A DNA stretch of 43,717 nt, taken from Oligoflexales bacterium. Its GTDB lineage: Bacteria; Bdellovibrionota_B; Oligoflexia; Oligoflexales; Bog-1112. The stretch spans positions 1 through 43,717 of the forward strand of contig JBGCDR010000095.1 in the NCBI GenBank assembly GCA_045105515.1, read 5' to 3'. A program made the position numbers and the translations under genes. Below the pieces are notes generated by a model. The model ran no database searches and was not told the DNA's origin. It saw only the letters and a program-made list of their open reading frames with translations. Shown piece by piece: positions 1 through 9,231 of the stretch (the first letter of the stretch is position 1; each line of letters opens with the position of its first letter).

Positions 1-33
1 CACTTGTCTTTCCGGTAACATGAAAATAAACAT
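1..33 (-). CDS. N-terminus of the putative transposase (MFIFMLPERQV...), partial
   Basis: GGGAGGG RBS at 40-46 (minus strand), ATG at 33, frame open to the window edge, about 100 bp inside the terminal repeat. Too short to assign a family. Confidence 0.5.
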   Translation of the reverse strand, partial: MFIFMLPERQV

Positions 34-133
34 ATCAAGCCCTCCCAGAATTACGTTTGGGATCAGCTTATCAATATTTACATAATAATCATATAAAATA
101 ATAATATTAGCTGGTTAAAAAATTAGACAACTC
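1..133 (-). mobile_element. Left (5') end of a putative insertion sequence, running off the window
   Basis: 123-136 TTAGACAACTCTAA is the exact reverse complement of 43580-43593 TTAGAGTTGTCTAA. The sensor gene reads into this repeat and stops shortly after. An RBS and ATG lie inside, pointing off the window. Confidence 0.7.
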
Positions 134-607
134 TAATAAAGTTTTTAAACCTTGAGTAACAAAAAAATACACAACCTTGTCAAATAACCTATTGTACATA
201 TAAGATTTTGTAACATGTACATCTAAAATCCCCGCAAAGTCACCATCTATGGTTTTCAATTCAAACTTTCTGCTCTCAACAAATTTATGAGATTCATTAG
301 AATCTTTTCTTTTCTGGTAGACTATCTTGCCTCTTTCAGTGATACTAACCTTGGTAACATCATGAAAGTTAAGTACTCCATTTAGCTGCTGATTAATTTG
401 ACTCTTGTCTATATCCCAAATAGCCCCTGCTAGACTTGTTACATAGCTAGATTGAATCTGCTGATATATTTTTTTAAGATCATTTAATTCGTTGGTATAA
501 TCGATATAAAAAGACACAGATGTAAAAATAGTAGTACTCAAAGTACTAGTCAGTAGCACATAGAGAATCAACTTACTTGCAATTGATTTTTTAACAGAAA
601 TTTTCAA
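134..607 (-). pseudogene. Membrane sensor (TM-periplasmic domain-TM; kinase/cyclase-type N-terminus) truncated by the IS
   Basis: TM1, a periplasmic domain with a W-D-x-D motif, then the start of TM2 (VYFFVTQGLKTLL). The last residues ELSNFLTS are read from the IS terminal repeat. No cytoplasmic output domain follows. Confidence 0.7.
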
Positions 608-881
608 GTTTTTACCTAAATAATTTAGAAAAGACTCAAGCGTTTAAAATTCCCCAACGATACTGAATATCGACAGAATTTATCGATCATCAAGTTTTGT
701 CGCAGGAGAATACTGTAGCATTATATTTTTCTTGGTTTTTCTTAAACAATTTCAGGTAATTATTGAGACAAGGGCAACATCTATACATTTAGCTTTTTTA
801 TTCATTAAGTTTATAAGGAAGGGTTATTGATATATTTTGGAGTGATAAAAACCAAAAGCACGATCTATGTTATTCGCGACA

Positions 882-1349
882 CTAAAGTTGGTGGTCGTAT
901 GCATAATTCCAAAAATCAAATCGTTCCATACACATGTTGACCACTTTGATCAAATGTTCGGGATTAATCGGTTTATATATAATCGCAGCTGCACCTTCAC
1001 GTAAACAAGTTGTAAACACTGGCATTTCAACATGTCCGGTAACAAAAATAACTTGGGTTGATCGGCTTTGGTCCCATGCTTTTCTAGCAATATCATAACC
1101 ACTATGATCTGGAATATTCAAATCAGTAACAACAATATGAAATTCTTCATTTTCTAAATGTTCTAAGGCTTCTTTTCCTGATGTGGTTGAAACTAGATTG
1201 AGATCATTCTTAAATTGTCGGGAAATTACAGAATCAATTATATCGCAAATCCCTGGTTCGTCATCGATAATAAGAAGTGAGTAAGGTCTTTCAAGCATCA
1301 AAGCTGCTCCATTTTCATCTGATATTTTACGTGACTGCCCTGGGATCAT
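882..1349 (-). CDS. Single-domain response regulator receiver protein (true start may be ~1298)
   Basis: LLIIDDE, VVTDLNIPD, FVTGH and YKP receiver motifs. Confidence 0.88.
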   Translation of the reverse strand: MIPGQSRKISDENGAALMLERPYSLLIIDDEPGICDIIDSVISRQFKNDLNLVSTTSGKEALEHLENEEFHIVVTDLNIPDHSGYDIARKAWDQSRSTQVIFVTGHVEMPVFTTCLREGAAAIIYKPINPEHLIKVVNMCMERFDFWNYAYDHQL

Positions 1350-1381
1350 ACTATCTTTGAAGTAAAGAACATGTCAAATAA

Positions 1382-1408
1382 TGATCGATTTAGTCTTTCT
1401 CATTTTGA
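1382..1408 (-). promoter_or_regulatory. Weak sigma-28 (FliA)-like promoter
   Basis: TCAA-N15-ATCGATCA on the minus strand, upstream of 882..1349. Confidence 0.25.
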
Positions 1409-1550
1409 TAAATTTTGAACCTAAATTCTAGGCTCGTTTCATGGCTGGAAAAAATTCACACACAATATTGATTTTTATATTAGAGTATAGATTGTAGAAT
1501 ATCCAATAGTCATCGTTATGATGAAATATTTTAGTTTAAGGAATCAATAG

Positions 1551-1922
1551 ATGACCAACAAACTAAAGATACTCGCGGTAGATGATGATTCGCTCGTCAC
1601 TGAGCTAATTGCTAGTTTTCTTGACAAAGAATACGATGTGGAAATGGCAAACAATGGTGACGAAGGATTTTCTAAGTTTGTCCAAAATAATCACGACATT
1701 ATTCTCATTGATCTAATCATGCCTGGACTTGATGGCGTCGGCCTAATTAAAAAAATACAAAAAACAGGAATGCAAACTAGCATTATCATTGTTTCTGGCG
1801 CTGACCCAATAACAAAGAGGAAGATAAGCCGCCAAAATGTTTCCGGCATCCTCGACAAACCTTTTACCCGCAAGTCTCTGTCGAAAGCCATCGAGAAGGC
1901 CATCTCACTGCGTAATGAATAA
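1551..1922 (+). CDS. CheY-like single-domain response regulator
   Basis: ILAVDDD, LIDLIMPGLDG, IVSG and DKPF motifs; AAGGAA RBS. Confidence 0.92.
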   Translation: MTNKLKILAVDDDSLVTELIASFLDKEYDVEMANNGDEGFSKFVQNNHDIILIDLIMPGLDGVGLIKKIQKTGMQTSIIIVSGADPITKRKISRQNVSGILDKPFTRKSLSKAIEKAISLRNE

Positions 1923-2000
1923 ACAGACTTTTGGTGAACTGACCCTCGTACTGTGTAAATTATCTTTTTATTTCTGCTGTCTAACGGTATAATAGCATAG

Positions 2001-2585
2001 ATGAAGCGTTATACTTTGAACCCCGAACTCTTACATGCAGCTTATTCTCAAGGCTACTTTCCTATGCCAGATGGTGACTCTGGTGAGATCCTTTGGTTTA
2101 GACCAGATCCAAGGGCAATCATACCGCTCAATGGCTTTCACACCTCTCGGTCATTACGGCGCACAATCAATAGGTCGGTTTTTAAAATTACCTATAATCA
2201 AGCTTTTACGCAAGTTATGCAAGGCTGTGCTGAACACCCTGAAACCTGGATTAACGACGAATTTTTAGATGTTTATGCTCAGATGCACAAGCTTGGTTTA
2301 GCCCACTCTGTAGAAGTTTGGTTCGAGCAAGAGTTAGTGGGGGGAACTTATGGGGTTTGTCTTGGAGGAGCATTTTTTGCAGAATCAAAGTTTCATCGAA
2401 AAACAAACGCTTCCAAGGTAGCTTTGTACTACCTAGTAAAACATATGTTTGAGAAGGGTTTAACACTTCTAGAATGCCAATTCTTAACCCCTCACCTTAA
2501 AAGCCTCGGTGCAATAGAAGTTTCAGATTATGAATACTTGAAGCTTTTGAAAACTGCACTCAAAATAGACGTCAGTTTTACCTAA
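2001..2585 (+). CDS. aat: Leucyl/phenylalanyl-tRNA--protein transferase
   Basis: AYSQGYFPM, WFRPDPRAIIP, ETWI, AHSVEVW, LVGGTYGV, FFAESKF, NASKVAL and HLKSLGA motifs. Confidence 0.95.
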   Translation: MKRYTLNPELLHAAYSQGYFPMPDGDSGEILWFRPDPRAIIPLNGFHTSRSLRRTINRSVFKITYNQAFTQVMQGCAEHPETWINDEFLDVYAQMHKLGLAHSVEVWFEQELVGGTYGVCLGGAFFAESKFHRKTNASKVALYYLVKHMFEKGLTLLECQFLTPHLKSLGAIEVSDYEYLKLLKTALKIDVSFT

Positions 2586-2604
2586 AATATTTTAATATAC
2601 CTAA

Positions 2605-3549
2605 TCAAACTTTAGAGTAAATTGGTATAGATTTTTTCTCAGATTTAAAGCAACTAGCCTGGCTTTCATAAGTTCCTGATTGACTAACCATGCATCTAAA
2701 AACTGAATCTGCCTCTGAATCTCGATAAAAATTCACTTGCCCCTTAGCATCATCTGATGATTTTTGCCAATCGGAACAGACTCTAAAATCATCTCTATCT
2801 AACCACTCCCAAGCAAATTTTTTCAATGCCTCAGACTCAGCAAATTGCTCATAGGAATTGGAAAGGCTACAAAATCCGCGGTATCTTTTTAGCAGATTGG
2901 TATTAAACTGATCCTTGACCAATAAGGACTCGGCTTCAGCATTGCTTAAGTGTCCCCAAACTCGCATTGAAGGAAGATCCATCAATGTAGGCGCATACTT
3001 ATGTCCGCCAATATGTGATGACTTCCAGACATCGATGGGCAATTTTTTATCTATAGTAAATCGATTCATATGATTAAAAAGATCTAAACCGAATTTCCCA
3101 CAGCAACGATCTCTTTCTCCATGGCAGCAAATCATCACCGCTCTTTTCTTCCTAAAAGCATCACTTTGATAGGTAATTCCATTGTCAAATATATCTGGAA
3201 GCAAATGGGTAAGAAAAGATTCAACTTTATTTAAAGCAATTTCATAAGAAAAGAAGGAGTAAGCACACTTATCTCCAGGTTTACTATAAAGGATAAATAG
3301 ATGTGACGCTTCCTTATTGGGCTTACTTTCTCTACACATTGAATTTAGACTAATTGGCACCTTATATTGACGCATTAGCTTTTTCAGCAAGACGTCAACG
3401 CCCTCGGGAAAGCCAGGAGTTCCGATAACATTTGAATTCCATGGTTGAGCAAACTCTATAAATATTTGACAGGGCTTGTACCCAGCCGTACCTATGATAG
3501 AAGGAGTATGATTTTTAGTCAGTAGAGAACAGTATTGATTTTCGTTCAT
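2605..3549 (-). CDS. Sucrase/ferredoxin-like (thioredoxin-fold 2Fe-2S) protein
   Basis: CCHGERDRCCGKFG and WKSSHIGGHKYAPT motifs; N-terminal GTA...E..QPW; C-terminal ASC. Confidence 0.88.
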   Translation of the reverse strand: MNENQYCSLLTKNHTPSIIGTAGYKPCQIFIEFAQPWNSNVIGTPGFPEGVDVLLKKLMRQYKVPISLNSMCRESKPNKEASHLFILYSKPGDKCAYSFFSYEIALNKVESFLTHLLPDIFDNGITYQSDAFRKKRAVMICCHGERDRCCGKFGLDLFNHMNRFTIDKKLPIDVWKSSHIGGHKYAPTLMDLPSMRVWGHLSNAEAESLLVKDQFNTNLLKRYRGFCSLSNSYEQFAESEALKKFAWEWLDRDDFRVCSDWQKSSDDAKGQVNFYRDSEADSVFRCMVSQSGTYESQASCFKSEKKSIPIYSKV

Positions 3550-3681
3550 TATTATTCCAAGCAGCGAAAAAGAGGTTTCTTATATCTCTATTCTATTTCA
3601 TTGAAACCATATAATAATCCAGCATCTGTAGTAAAGAATATTTTATCGACCAAGAAAAAACATTACCGAAATAATGAATTT

Positions 3682-3738
3682 ATTATGCATAATATTTTAT
3701 ACATAATCTTTTACAATGTATAAAATATTATGCATAAT
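3682..3738. repeat. Perfect 23-bp inverted repeat with an 11-bp spacer
   Basis: ATTATGCATAATATTTTATACAT (3682-3704) and ATGTATAAAATATTATGCATAAT (3716-3738). Each arm contains the 12-bp palindrome ATTATGCATAAT. Confidence 0.9.
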
Positions 3739-3858
3739 TTATAATATTAATAATAAAAATATATAAATAAATTTGCCTTATATTAATTTTCATCTTATAC
3801 CTTGCTCTGTTAATAAAGTTTTCTAACTAAACTAAATTCAAAAACTGGAGTTTAAAAG

Positions 3859-4791
3859 ATGAACAAAATTTTTAAAAATCTAGTTGTATCATCGGTGTAC
3901 GCTGGTCTTCTTTTTTCAGGATTATCACAAGGTAAATCAATAAAAAATAGATATGGGGTTACTCAAGGAGGAAAGGTTCCACAATCCCAGCTTAACGGTA
4001 TATCGCATGAGATCAAATCGACCCTTGGGCACATGGATCAGTCACATTATGAAGATATCGTGGCAAATCCAGAGTTAGCAGTCAATGATGAGGAAAGATT
4101 AGCAGCTCTTTCTGCTCGAGAGATCTTTATACTTGTTGACCGGAGCGGTTCGATGAACGCTCCTGATGAAAATCCTGCAGGCATGAGAAGCCATCAAGGC
4201 TGGACTCGTTGGGATTCTGCGAGAGTAGCTGCAGAAAGTATATCAGAACTTGCTATTGCCCTGGATGCTGATAACAAAATCGACATTATGCTTTGGGATG
4301 GAGATAAGTATGGACGACTCAATCATAAATACGAAACCATGACTGATGTTGGACAAATCGGCAGCTTTTTTATCAACAACCCTCCTCAAAGAGGCAGTAC
4401 CCCTCTAACTGAAGCTCTTGAAAAAGTATATCAAGATCGTTTGAAGCCCTTATTACAAAGAAACGAACCTTTTACTGTAGTTGTTTTGACAGATGGTGCT
4501 CCGAATAACCGCAATACTGCTAAACATTTCTTTAAAAATGTCATAAAGGAAAACAACCTAGAGGTTTCTGGTCATGAAACGCTTGCAGCATTTTCATTCG
4601 TACGCATGGGAGATGATGAAGGCGCCATGGCATTTCTAGAGGATCTAGATGATAACCTTATCAGCCAACTTCAAGTCAATGTGGATATTGTCGACACTAA
4701 GGAAGATAATTTCCTCTTTGGGACCGGAAAATTCCAAGGACAAGAAGGTGTTGGACCTCTTGCTGTGTTTTGGGATGCTCTTTACGACTAA
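3859..4791 (+). CDS. Secreted von Willebrand factor A (vWA) domain protein
   Basis: Signal-peptide-like N-terminus; MIDAS motif DRSGSM, STP, VLTDG; GGAG RBS. Confidence 0.85.
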   Translation: MNKIFKNLVVSSVYAGLLFSGLSQGKSIKNRYGVTQGGKVPQSQLNGISHEIKSTLGHMDQSHYEDIVANPELAVNDEERLAALSAREIFILVDRSGSMNAPDENPAGMRSHQGWTRWDSARVAAESISELAIALDADNKIDIMLWDGDKYGRLNHKYETMTDVGQIGSFFINNPPQRGSTPLTEALEKVYQDRLKPLLQRNEPFTVVVLTDGAPNNRNTAKHFFKNVIKENNLEVSGHETLAAFSFVRMGDDEGAMAFLEDLDDNLISQLQVNVDIVDTKEDNFLFGTGKFQGQEGVGPLAVFWDALYD

Positions 4792-4823
4792 GCCTTTTTC
4801 TGACACAACTGGCGAGCTAGAGT

Positions 4824-5827
4824 TTAGTCTTGGTAATAGTAGTCGTACTTGCTCAATAGCTCGCTGGTAAATTTCCAAGCTTCTTCGTGACTAATAAAGT
4901 TCCCCTTGGGAAAGACAACTTTAATATATATATTCTTAGGAAATTTTACCTTCAATCGATCAAGATATGACATAAGTCTAACCTTATCAATTTCTTCTGA
5001 CTGCTTATTATCTGGTTTTCGTAGCTTTATCGTCGCTATATTTTCTTGGCGAATGTAAGTAATTTCAACAATTTTTTTACCCTTGGAGCTACACGAGCAG
5101 GGCGTATTAAACGTTCATACTTTTTTCGGAGACTAGCATACTTGCTCTTATGTCTTAGTTGTTCTTCTTGAAATTCATCTATTTGAATCGTCATAGACTC
5201 AATGTTCTGCATTAATTGAATGACTTCTTGATCCTTTTCTTGGTTTTTCGACTGAGAAAGAACTAACTGCTTATTTAGACCAGAAATTTTTATTAGTGAG
5301 TTCTCTTGGTTCTGCTTACTTTCTTGATAGGCATTTTGCAATTCTTGACTAAGATTTTGTGCCTGCTGAAGGCTTATTTGCGATTCCCGTAATCTTTTAT
5401 CAAGGACAAGATTGATTTGCCTTTGTTCTCCGAGATCACGCTCATGTTTTTCAAGACTATGATTAAGATTTGCAAGCAGCTGTATTTTGCTATCTAATTG
5501 CCTTTCTTGCTCATCTTTCTCTGATTGCAAGTTGATAATCTGCATCTGCAGGTATGAGAGCTTACTTTCTTTATCTGAAAGGCGAGTTACTAAGTTAGCA
5601 TTACGTTTTGCTGATTCTTCAGCTTCAACATTTAGGCGTTGTTCAACTTCTAAGGCTTTTTGGAGCTGCTCAACTAAATCCCAGTTTGAGATAACCAGGA
5701 CCACCATAGTGAGCATAAAAATCATTGCAATCACTGACATCATGTCAGCAAAAGAAGGCCAGATACTATGATCAGAGTTTGAGCCTCCAGAATTCAAGCG
5801 TAAATCGGTAAATCCTTGATCTGCCAT
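4824..5827 (-). pseudogene. MotB/ExbD-like membrane-anchored coiled-coil protein, frameshifted near 5091 (333 aa if restored)
   Basis: N-terminal IWPSFADMMSVIAMIF TM with the conserved Asp, then a long coiled coil. Removing a duplicated GT (CGT-GT-AGC, 5091-5092) joins ...RPAR to an open frame SSKGKKIVEITY...SHEEAWKFTSELLSKYDYYYQD* ending at 4824. Confidence 0.75.
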
Positions 5828-5835
5828 TTTTCTCC

Positions 5836-6789
5836 CTACAAGCGAAACCCTTGTTTCATGGTTTGATCAATTTTTTTCAGACCTGAAGAGATTTCCTCCC
5901 AGTCTCGCAAGTGACCTTTGATGACAGATTCTAGAGCCCGGCTAGCATCACCAATACTAGATTGAGTGCTACTCATTCCAGTTACCATGGCCTCAAGCTT
6001 TTTACCTAAGCTAGTTAAGCGAGCAGCCATTTGTTCTTCAGTTGAGGAAAACCTCGGAACCAGAGATGTGGCCGTAACTCTTTCAACTTGCTGAACCACA
6101 TGAGTTTGGCAATCGGATAGTTTCCCATAAAAATATACAAAAAAAACATAGGCAAACATCGCAGTCATGGTAGTAGATAAAGCAGATGACATACCACTGA
6201 TGACCGTTCCCATACCAGAAGTGTCTGTGAGAGACTGAAGCAGATCAGAGGCTCCTGAAAGAGCAATTTCAAGTGAAATTATCGTCCCGAGCATTCCAGT
6301 AAGGATTAATGTATTATGAACATACCGTGGATAGGATGCTAAGGTACTTTGCTGTGCGACTAGAACAGAGGCTAAACTTCCATGACTTATTTGATAATTT
6401 TTCTCCCACATAGTTCGCAGCATACTGTAGCGCACACCAATCATAGAGTCTGGATGGACAAACTCGTCTAAATTTTCTTTGTCCTGGCGAATATTTCCGA
6501 TAAAGGTAGCAATGTTTTTTTCTTCAAAGCGATACTTAAATAAAAGAACCATGACCTGTACAATGCCGGAAAGAAAAAGTACGACAATACTGGCATTTAA
6601 AATCACCCCTACATGGGTCCACTGCTCTACATAGTATAATTTCAGAAGTAGCCGATAATTCCACCCTATCACTACTCCAGAGAGGATGATTGCAACAATC
6701 ATCCGATAAATAACTGATTGGCTGTATTTGCCATTTTCCACAAAACTACCCCTATCCTGATCACGTTGTTCTCGAACCTGTTTAGGCAT
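5836..6789 (-). CDS. MotA/TolQ/ExbB proton-channel family protein (start reassigned to 6789)
   Basis: LILTGMLGTIISL and GMSSALSTTMTA TM helices; lies directly upstream of the MotB-like gene. The ORF-track extension to 7032 overlaps HU and its terminator. Confidence 0.8.
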   Translation of the reverse strand: MPKQVREQRDQDRGSFVENGKYSQSVIYRMIVAIILSGVVIGWNYRLLLKLYYVEQWTHVGVILNASIVVLFLSGIVQVMVLLFKYRFEEKNIATFIGNIRQDKENLDEFVHPDSMIGVRYSMLRTMWEKNYQISHGSLASVLVAQQSTLASYPRYVHNTLILTGMLGTIISLEIALSGASDLLQSLTDTSGMGTVISGMSSALSTTMTAMFAYVFFVYFYGKLSDCQTHVVQQVERVTATSLVPRFSSTEEQMAARLTSLGKKLEAMVTGMSSTQSSIGDASRALESVIKGHLRDWEEISSGLKKIDQTMKQGFRL

Positions 6790-6884
6790 AGCACCAACAA
6801 ACAGAATAACAGTATTTTTAAAGGGGTAAAACGAGATAAAAAATGAAATATATAAATAATGGCATCTGCGGCTTAATAAAAGGC

Positions 6885-6908
6885 AAAAAAAAGAGGCTAG
6901 GTAGCCTC
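6885..6908 (-). terminator. Rho-independent terminator of the HU gene
   Basis: GAGGCT-ACCT-AGCCTC hairpin followed by T8 on the minus strand, just after the stop codon. Confidence 0.8.
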
Positions 6909-6916
6909 GGCAAGTA

Positions 6917-7198
6917 TCATTTTTTCTTTTGAACAATTTCCTTGAGTTGGCTAGCAGCCTTGAAAGTAGGCACCCACTTTGCAGGAATCTTAATCTCTTC
7001 CCCAGTCTGAGGATTACGGCCAGTTCTTGCATTTCTTTTAGTACGAGAGAATGAACCTAGGCCAGCAAGCTTAACGCCCTCTTCAGTTTTGATGCCAGTA
7101 TGAATTCCTTCAATCATCGCATCTAGCCATCGAGCTGCTTCGGTTTTAGAAGTTTCCATAGTCTCAGCTAAATGTTCGGCGAATTCTGTTTTGTTCAT
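6917..7198 (-). CDS. hup: HU family DNA-binding protein
   Basis: MNKTEF...GLGSF...RNARTGRNPQTGEEIKIPA...PTFKA; TAAGGAA RBS. Confidence 0.95.
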   Translation of the reverse strand: MNKTEFAEHLAETMETSKTEAARWLDAMIEGIHTGIKTEEGVKLAGLGSFSRTKRNARTGRNPQTGEEIKIPAKWVPTFKAASQLKEIVQKKK

Positions 7199-7395
7199 TT
7201 TTAAATTCCTTATCTTACTACCATAAGCTATTGCTACTACTCAGATTATACAATGGGTTGATCTTTGCAAGCACCAGCTAATGATTATTTAGATAAATTT
7301 AACTGCCTGATGATTTTGTGCCCAGGAAGAATCAGGAGCTGCCGTTGATTTCAAGAGGTATAATCCACTGTTTTTTACTAATTATTATGAGAAAT

Positions 7396-9231
7396 TTATT
7401 TCGGTCGGATCCTTGCCGGGTTAGCAAATAAGCTGGGAGAAAAGGCTAGAATCGGTAAAAATATAAACGGCAGTAAAACTAGGCCCACAGTATAGCCCCA
7501 ATTTTTATTGAAGACTTTGCTTAAATCATGGAAAACCATCACTTGGAATATTAATGCGATAAACGAGCAAAAATCACTCATTTTGAACCCTGCTAAGTTA
7601 AAAGGTAGCCCCAAGCTTTCCAAGATTAAAAAAAACATCGGAGCAAGAAGAATTGCAGACCACCACTGAGGGCGGCCAATTATACGCAAAAAAGTAAACA
7701 AATTAATAAAAGGCACGATTGCCAAGAATCCGCGTTCATCACATTTTTGAAAAATTCGCCAAGCGCATATCAAAAAGAATATTAAAAAGATAGCAGCCAT
7801 TGTGTAGATGGTTCGAAGAGCTTTGTTAACTTCATTTTTCACATGAAGCGATGCCATTTTACTTAAGACCGGCTTCCGAGAACCTCCTTGATCAGTTAGA
7901 ATTGCAGGCTTAATTATCTTGCCTTCACCTGCCTTATATTTGAAACGTTTTATGTGTTTTAATCTTGCAATTGTTTTACGGTCTTTAAACGGATTACCAT
8001 AGATAAAAAGTACTTTTAATGATCTGAATTTTACCAAAGAGCTTATTTTCTCAATTCGATTTTCTTGCAACTCTAAATGAAAAAGCCTAGAAGCTGTTAA
8101 AATCGGGGTCATATCTACAATCTTATTTTTCCCTAGCTTCAAAACCTGCATTTTTCGTGGAAAATCTACCTTTTCTAATGATGAAATGCTATTTTTTTCG
8201 AGATTTAAAAATATGAGAGAATTCAAGCTACCTACGAAACGCACCCGTTTGATTCTATTGTTTCCAAGGTCAAGTGCTCTTAATTTTTTGAGATTTTTAA
8301 GAGCTGAAACTTTTTCCAGGTAATTATTATTTAAGTTGAGGTGTGAAAGATTCCTCATATACTGAAGTCCATCAATATTAGATATTGAATTATTGTCTAA
8401 CTTAAGGTAGGTCAAACTCCGAAGAGCAGCAATAGGCCTTATGTCCTTAATAGAGTTTCCGCTGGCTTTTAAGGTTTTTAACTTTTTTAGATTAGCCAAG
8501 TATGCTAGATGCTTAGTCCCTACTTTTTCAATATTTAGGCTAGTTAATTGGGATAAATTAGCTACGAATGAAATATTAGAGAGTGGGTTCTCACCAATAT
8601 CGAGCACCTTCAGGTTCTTGAGTTTCCTTATTGGCAATTTCGATCTGAATTTATTTCTAAAAATCAGAAGAGTATGCAGTTTTTCTAGCTTTGCTAACGC
8701 CGATCCATTTGCCACTTTATTTTCAGACAAGTCTAAATACTGCAGTAAACTTAGATTTTTCAAAGGAGAGATATTTTCGATTCGATTGTGACTGAGAACG
8801 AGCTTTTTCAGTCCTCTCATCTTTGAAAGTTCAGAAATATCATTTATACGATTTTTTTCGAGATTAAGTATTTGAATATTCCTCATCCTGGCAAGAAATT
8901 CGAGATTAGTTATATTATTTTTACTAAAATCCAAAGAAGTGAAATGGTTGAAGAAGCCTAGTGGAGCTAGACTCTTTATCTTCTTCCCTTGCAAAGATAG
9001 AGAAGATGTCGAACTAATTTTATTGTATAAGCTCTGACAATTAGTAGCTCTGAATTTTTTCTTTAGTTGTTTGACAGTATGTCCAATATCATTTTTACTG
9101 CTTTGGCACATTTTTACGAAATTTTTGTTTTGAGAAAAGCCTTGAAAAGCATACAAGAAGAGGCCCAACACGAACAATGTCTTGAGGATTTTAGATTCAG
9201 CTAATTGCCAATTAGCATCGGATCTAAGCAT
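7396..9231 (-). CDS. Internalin-like leucine-rich repeat protein with a C-terminal multi-TM (DUF5684-like) membrane domain
   Basis: About 15 22-aa LxxLxLxxNxIxxIxxL repeats; N-terminal signal and Cys cap; C-terminal WRIFQK...AIVPFIN...GYTVGLVLLPFIFLPILAF. Confidence 0.88.
   Translation of the reverse strand: MLRSDANWQLAESKILKTLFVLGLFLYAFQGFSQNKNFVKMCQSSKNDIGHTVKQLKKKFRATNCQSLYNKISSTSSLSLQGKKIKSLAPLGFFNHFTSLDFSKNNITNLEFLARMRNIQILNLEKNRINDISELSKMRGLKKLVLSHNRIENISPLKNLSLLQYLDLSENKVANGSALAKLEKLHTLLIFRNKFRSKLPIRKLKNLKVLDIGENPLSNISFVANLSQLTSLNIEKVGTKHLAYLANLKKLKTLKASGNSIKDIRPIAALRSLTYLKLDNNSISNIDGLQYMRNLSHLNLNNNYLEKVSALKNLKKLRALDLGNNRIKRVRFVGSLNSLIFLNLEKNSISSLEKVDFPRKMQVLKLGKNKIVDMTPILTASRLFHLELQENRIEKISSLVKFRSLKVLFIYGNPFKDRKTIARLKHIKRFKYKAGEGKIIKPAILTDQGGSRKPVLSKMASLHVKNEVNKALRTIYTMAAIFLIFFLICAWRIFQKCDERGFLAIVPFINLFTFLRIIGRPQWWSAILLAPMFFLILESLGLPFNLAGFKMSDFCSFIALIFQVMVFHDLSKVFNKNWGYTVGLVLLPFIFLPILAFSPSLFANPARIRPK

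Noticed and set aside
3727..3754. dif (XerCD) site
   Set aside because: GCATAA resembles a XerC arm, but no TTATGTTAAAT XerD arm follows at 6-bp spacing
4824..6789. Zorya ZorAB defence system
   Set aside because: The MotA-like protein lacks the long cytoplasmic ZorA tail, the partner lacks an OmpA domain, and there are no zorC/D/E genes
6790..7032. N-terminal extension of the MotA-like ORF
   Set aside because: Overlaps HU in another frame and crosses its terminator; a start at 6789 is more plausible
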